Shown: piece after piece, positions 57,013 to 64,000 of the stretch
Numbering within the stretch: the first letter of the stretch is position 1
How the letters are laid out: the number at the start of each line of letters is the position of its first letter
NCBI RefSeq assembly: GCF_009914755.1
Contig: NC_060942.1
DNA: 64,000 nt
Strand: one strand, 5' to 3'
DNA from: the human T2T-CHM13v2.0 reference genome, Homo sapiens
Notes under the pieces: model-generated
Database searches by the model: none
Seen by the model: the letters and a program-made list of their open reading frames with translations, nothing else
Told to the model about the DNA's origin: nothing
Made by a program: the position numbers and the translations under genes

Positions 57013-60000
57013 GGTGGATAGCAGTTGTCTGGGCAGAATGGGCTGAGGAAGCAGCCTGTGTGCTGGCATGCAGCTCCAGCCCTCTTGTCTGGAGGAGGGC
57101 CAACGCTGGGTGTTCTCTTTTCCAGCCTGAGAACTTGGCTGTTTCAGATGAGGAGACCCAGTGGCCAGTGCAGGGGACGGATCTCTGCCTGCAGCAGGGC
57201 CTAGGATGGAGCCTCTATCACCCTCTATTCCAATGCCCTTTCAGCCTTTCCAGCTCATCTTCTGGCTGCGGCACCCTGAAGCCAAACCCTTAGACTTCCA
57301 GTGGGCCTGCAGTAAGCTCCAGACTCTGAAACAGTGGGTAGATGGCCTGGGTGGGCAGGGAAACCCCAGCTGAGGGTAATGGGGAGTTGGCGGAGGCTCT
57401 GATGGTCTTACCAGGGCTCCAGATTTTTCCTACTTGGCAACCTAAGGAACATCACAGGCATCCCCTGAACCATAGTTGCTTTATAAGTCACAAACAAACA
57501 ATCAAAACCACCTAACTTAGCCTGTGAACTTCTGCTCATTCATATTTAAGTTTTCAGAGGCTCAGCCTGAAGGAAGTTGGAAGTGTGCTGTCATTAGCAA
57601 GGAGAGAAGGTGTGGCAGGCACCTCTCCGCTCTGAGGCCAAGGTAGCACCTTCCAAGGATGCTCAGGAGTGCATGAAGCCTGTCCTGCCTCCAGCAATAC
57701 ACAGACTCAGAATATATGCAGCAGGGCCTGCTGAGGTTGAGGGGAGCCAGCAATAAGCTCATGGCAGGTATCATCTCTGTGCATTTAAAATTTAAGGTCA
57801 GAACTTGGGAACCCTTTGGTATTTGCCAGCCAGAAGGATCTGCAGCTCAGAGGGCCATGAAACGGTGAAACGGCATGGTGGTGTGGGCGGGCAGGCTCCT
57901 GTACTTACCATTGTGGTCAACAGAGAGGGTTCTATAACAGCACGCAGGGCAAGAATGAGCATGATAGCACCAATAAGGACATCAGCATTTCTTGAATGTA
58001 GTGAAGTATTCAGCATGGGCCAAAAGTACTTTATGGGGACTATCTTCCTTGCAAGAGACCCAGAACGGAGACACTGTGATTAGTCTCCACCTCCAACCCC
58101 AGCCTTTTTCCTGGAGAAAGGGCAGGGGACAATCCCAGCAAGACTCTTTCTCACCCCTGCCCCTATACGAGTGGAGCAGATTCCAGATTCAATAGTGGTG
58201 CATGGAGTGATCAATGGATAGGATGCCGCCACCTTTGACCTGAAGACTTTAGACCTCTCTGCGTGGGAGGACTGCCCACCCGACGGGGGCCTGAGAGCTT
58301 TAACAGAGCAGAAAATCTCCTCTCTGCCGATCAGCTCATGGGTGTTGGAAAGGCCTGGCGAACTGTAAAGCAGTGTTGCTGGAGGAGTCTGAGCAGATGG
58401 TTCTATTGGCCCAGGGTGTGGCCGGGGCCTCACACTGATAGGCATGCCCTCCGTATGTCCAGCATGTGACCGGATCTGAAAGGACACAGACTCCTCAGAA
58501 CCAGTGTTCTAGCCAGGGGGGTCAACAGCCAACCTTTACATTTTTCCTCTTAAAGGTTTTTTTTTTTCTTGTTCATAAAAATGCCAAAATCTCATTTTGG
58601 GGAGATAAAAAGAAAATACAGAAACAGCAAAAGGAGAAAAGTTAGTCCTAATACCACCTCTGAAAGATGTCTTTGGATATTTGTAGTTTACAGTCCTATT
58701 TCTATGTATTTTCATGTAGTTGAGATTTCAGGGTCTATTAAAAATTGTGTTTTCTTTCCTACATATCATGGTGTCATGAGCAATCCCGGGTTATTACAGC
58801 CCTTCGTAAACAATTCCTGAGGGCTGAATAAGCTAGCAAGCCATGTCTGTAGCTGAGTGTGGGCACGTCTTAGTGCCCACCAGACTGTCCCCCTCATGCC
58901 AGCACCTTCCTGCTCAGCTGGCCTCTGCACTGCCCATGTCCACAGGCACCTGGCTGTGCTCACAGGATCCAGAGGATTAGAAGGAGATCTCCTCTAGCGA
59001 CAGGGTGGGTACCATGTGCTGGAGTTAGGAGGCGAAAGGGTGACCCCTGTGTCTTGCGTAGATGGACAAGGCCCCCAGTGTGATGTGATGAGCCCTAACA
59101 GAGGGTGCCGTGACCCAGCCTTACCTGGCCTGTCACGGGGCTTCCCTGAGCCAGCCCAGTGACCTCAAAGCTTTCCTACCTGTGACACCCTCCAAGTGGC
59201 CAATCCACTTTGAGGGTGTGAGGTGAGAAGGGACAACTCACCTAGCTGCCAACCAATGTGTCTAATAATCTCCATGCCTCTGATTCCTCACTGTCAATTG
59301 GAGAGACTAATAGCATGCACCCCATGGGGTTGAGAGCACTAAAAGCAATCAAACCTGAGTGTGTGCAGAGTCTGCCCCCAACCCCCGAGGCATGCAATAG
59401 ATGCGCCCCATCATTGCTTGCTTCTAGGGAGCTCCCAGGGTGGGGAGCTGGGGCTGACACAGGAAGTAACAAGAGTGACTTGGCGCTGGGGAGACTGAGG
59501 CCTCAAGAGTTCAGGAACTTCCTGAAGGTCATGTGGCGGTGGCGATGAGCTCCGAAGCCTGTGTCTGTATGTGCTTCATTTGTGTGTCACTCCCCATGGG
59601 CACCTTTGTAACTGTTGTGTTTTTAATTTTCTGTCAGTTGGAGCAAGCAGATGTGGCTCTGGGCAGGATTTCCTATGCTGTCCTTGTCACTTCATACTCT
59701 GTCTTCTCCTTGCCACTCTGGGGATGTCCTTGAGCAGAGCCCATCTCTCATTCGCCTTGGTATCCCAAGGTCTAGCACAGTGCCTGGCAGACACTGAGGA
59801 AGTGACAGGCGTTTGTTGCGCTTTGAGTCAAGGACAGAGCCAGAGCAAAGGCTACTGGGTGAGCTGAAGGGATATTTCTTCTGAGCTCTGATATCTCGGT
59901 GTCCCCAGCTCTGTTCTTGGCTTGTCACTATAAATCAGACTGGAATGCTGGGGTTTTTCCTGGCAGTCTCTCCATCCCCTCTCCTGAATAGTGCTGGATG

Positions 60001-61189
60001 AGATAGACAAATTCTTCATTATCTTTTGCAGCCAAACCAGTTCTTCCCTTTCCCTGCAATATTCCCAGCCAGCCCTGAGTAGCCTCCTGCTACATCAATC
60101 CCAGTGCAGCCTGTCTCATACTGGTGACATTTTACATTGGCATGTCCCTGGTGAGAATGTTAAGCTCGTTGAAATCTGAGAGGCGCCTCCTTGCTCTCTC
60201 AGCCACGTAGACACTGTGTTTCCTTAGGCCACTGCTCTCCTACGTGTTGGGTAGACACATTTCCAATTTGGATGATGGTCCTTTCAGGCTTTGGTCTGGC
60301 CTGCGGAGAAGGGTATCTCAGCTCAGCTGAACTGAGATCTGCCCTCACCACTAAGGTGTTAGGCCCGTTCTTTATCTAGCTATAGGAAAAGTAAAAAGAG
60401 CTTTTGTAGAAGCAAAGAGGACCTGATCGTGTTAATCTGTGTTAATTTCAAGGGTCCAGCCCGGCGATTCCAGGCTCCCAAAAGAAAAATGTGTTTTCCC
60501 CCACCTTGATCTACTGCTCTGTGAGGTAGATGTACTGACCGCATGTTTAGACACTGAGAATCAATTTAGCAGCCTTCTGATCTCTATATATTCTGTGCGT
60601 GCACAACAGGAATAATGATTTTTAACACTGGGTTTGGCAAGGGCGTTGCCAGACTTTCTCATAGGCGATCTGATGGGAAAGCTGTCCCCCCGAGGGTCCT
60701 TCCTGTAGGGAGAGTTATATGAGTCTGAGAAAACATCTGGCCAGCCTCATCTGTAAACATGGCACAATATTATTGAATGACAGCCTGGGGACCAGCCTGT
60801 GGGGAGTGGAAATGCAGTCTCAGGACAGCTATAAACTAATGGTCTTTCTTTGCTTACTGACACATTGAAGCAGGGTTCTGAGATGGCATTGAGACAAGGG
60901 CCCCCATCACCCACCCTCACTGGCTTCTTGGACCAAGACTGCATATACTGATATGTTCAACTCACTGTCTTGTATGCTCTAAAACACTTTTGTTTTGAAG
61001 CAAGAAAATGGAAGACAAGCTTAGGGATGGCAGTTTCCTGGAGGCAGCCTGAGGGATGAGAAATAAAAGACATTGGCACAAATCTCAGGAAGCAAGAATT
61101 TTAGTCCAGGCTCTGGGATTTGGGGTGTGTCATATCATAGCTCTGTGGGTATGTTTCCTCACCTATAATATGAAGAATTGGCTTGCTCG

Positions 61190-61770
61190 TTTCACTGATG
61201 CTAGGAGGCATGTTCATTTCACATCTTAATGTTTCTTAAATCAGGCTGCATCTTACTATCGCTGGCATAGCACCCTTGCTGTTGCCAGATGACAGGCAGG
61301 ACATAGTCGTCATGGCCTGAGCCTGTGTGAACATGGGCCTACTGTTCATAGTGTCACATCCTCCATTAAAAGAGGTTTGTTGTTGATTAGCCATGTATTG
61401 AGTATGAATGTCGTTAAAGGTGTCTACAAAAGGGTCTCATCATGATTTATTAGCAGAAGGGCCAGAAGACAGAGCAGTGGGGCACCAATTTAATATTAGA
61501 GAAGCAAATATTGTTGGAGGAAAGACTGCAATCTCATAAAACAGTAAGAATTGTCAGTCTCATGCATGCTAAACAATGCCACGAAAGGTGGAAGAAATTG
61601 CCAGAAGTTGACTCAGAAGAGATGAAACAGTCTCAGAGCCAGGTGAGGCCTGCGTGAGCAATTTGTCTACATGTAAGACTATCATGAAGGCATTATGGCA
61701 TAGCTTAATTGACAGCATATTTTCTCTGTGGTTCATAAAATAATGGTGAGCCTTACAGTTGATGGCTTTG
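61190..61770. mobile_element. Tigger13-like TcMar relic with transposase HTH remnant, inserted in a MIR
   Basis: End 'gttcataaaataatggtgagccttacagttgatggc'; + strand remnant RAVGHQFNIREANI resembles the pogo/Tigger N-terminal HTH. Confidence 0.6.
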
Positions 61771-62000
61771 CTTTCTAAGATCTCTTCTAGTTCTAATGTC
61801 TAATAGTTGTGTTTTCATTTTTCTGTCAAGTGGAGCAAGCAGATCAAAAATAACGTTTTTGGTGTTTCTCTCCTATGTTGGTGCTGCTTCTCTGGGCCCC
61901 TGTAGCACTTGACCCTTGATGTCATAACTGTGTGATCGCTTCTCTGCCCTTCGTTTTGTGTCCGTAACATTCAATACCAAGCTTGAGTTAGTGTTTTTTA

Positions 62001-62950
62001 AATGGACATATGGGTGGATGGATGGGTGGGTGAACGAATGGATGAATGGGTGGATGAATGGATGGATGGATGGATGAATGGATGGATGGATGGATGGATG
62101 GATGGATGGATGGATAAGAATGGGTGGATGGATGGGTGGATGGCTAGACAGGTGGGTGGGTGAATGGACAGTTAGATGAGTGGATGGATGGATGGATGAA
62201 TGGGTAGATGAATGGATGGGTGGATGAATGAATGGGTAGATGAATAGATGGGTGGATGGATGGATAGATGGATGTATGGATGGATAAGAATGGGTGGATG
62301 GATGGATGGATGGATGGCTAGATGGGTGGGTGGGTGAATGGATGGATGAATGGATGGCTAGATAGTGGATGGATGGATGGATGGATGGATGGTTGGATGG
62401 ATAGATGGGTGGGTGGATAGGTGGGTGGATGGACAGATGGATGAATGGGTGGGTGGGTAGATTGATGGATGGATGAATGGATGGATGGATGCAGGGCAGG
62501 TGGGTGGACCGATGGGTGGGTGGATGGATGGGTAGATGGATGGTTGGATGGATACATGAATGGGTGGATTGGGATGGACGGCTAGATAGGTGGGTAGATG
62601 GATGGATGGATGGATGGATGGATATGTGAATGAGTGGATTGATGGATGGATGGCTAGATGGGTGGATGAATGGATGGATAGGTGAGTGAATGGATGGCTA
62701 GATGGGTGGGTGGGTGGGTGGGTGGGTGGATGGATGGATGGATGGATGGATGGATAGATGGATGAATGTGTGGATGGATGGATGGATAAATGGGGGGGTG
62801 GATGGCTGGCTGGGTAGATAGATGGATGAATGGGTGGGTGGGTGGATGGATGGAAGGATGGATGGATGGATGGATGGATGAATGGATGAATGGTGGGTAG
62901 GTGGGTGGATTGCTGGGTGGATGGATGGATGAATAGATATAGATGGGTGG
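62001..62950. repeat. ~950-bp degenerate (TGGA)n/(TGGG)/(TGAA) simple-repeat array
   Basis: Directly visible; source of the HPSI-type ORFs. Confidence 0.97.
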
Positions 62951-63076
62951 CTGGCTTGCTGGCTGGCTGGAGCTGCACCATGAGATGCATCCTCATCTTT
63001 GGTGAGGCAACAGATACCCTTCCAGGAAGCTTCAAACAAGTTCTCCAGATTCAGTGGGAGCCTAGACTCAGTGAAA

Positions 63077-63705
<629 letters not shown>

Positions 63706-63854
63706 GTTTTAAGGCTTGTCATTGATGTTCTTTTATTCATTTGGTCCTAGATGATTCTAACAACTATGGTTTTTTTGGAGAGGCCTCCAAGCTACTAAGC
63801 CAGAGATTCCAACCCAAGTCAATAATCATGGGGCCAATCCATGTACATTACTTT

Positions 63855-64000
63855 TTTAACAGCTTTATTCAGATTCGATTTATATATTTTATAATTTACA
63901 CATTTAAAATATACAATTAAATGGTTTTCAGTCTAATTATAGATATGTGTGACCTTTACCACCTTCATCACCTCTAAAAGAAACCCTTTAGCTATCACCC
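63855..64000 (-). mobile_element. L1M 3' end (truncated by the window)
   Basis: 'aacagctttattcagat...catttaaaatatacaattaaatggttttcagt'. Confidence 0.7.

Noticed and set aside
62318-63039. Longest ORFs (HPSIHPS-rich, up to 225 aa)
   Set aside because: Translation of the (TCCA)n simple repeat.

Overview
Primate (most likely human) genomic DNA. The window opens in the downstream edge of a CpG island (~1-780); the remaining ~63 kb is CpG-depleted, repeat-rich and has no credible protein-coding exon. All ORF-track entries look spurious: they are Alu-derived, (GGAT)n-derived or random GC-rich frames. By eye, 20 of 23 Alus and most MaLR/ERVL LTRs lie on the minus strand, which fits a long first intron of a + strand gene. 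I cannot name that gene. Recognisable content: about 23 Alus (J, S, Y), MaLR/ERVL solo LTRs (MLT1, THE1C, MSTB, MLT2), L1/L2/MIR relics, DNA-transposon relics (MER58A, MER5, MER53, Tigger13-like), an ancient RTE-clade LINE fossil, a ~950 bp (TGGA)n array and several enhancer-like motif clusters. I found no new multi-gene system. The best leads are a 164-bp locally templated insertion with junction microhomology, a probable L1 3' transduction, the RTE fossil, and candidate unannotated sense micro-exons and antisense exons. Repeat subfamily names come from remembered consensus sequences; boundaries are approximate unless TSDs are given.
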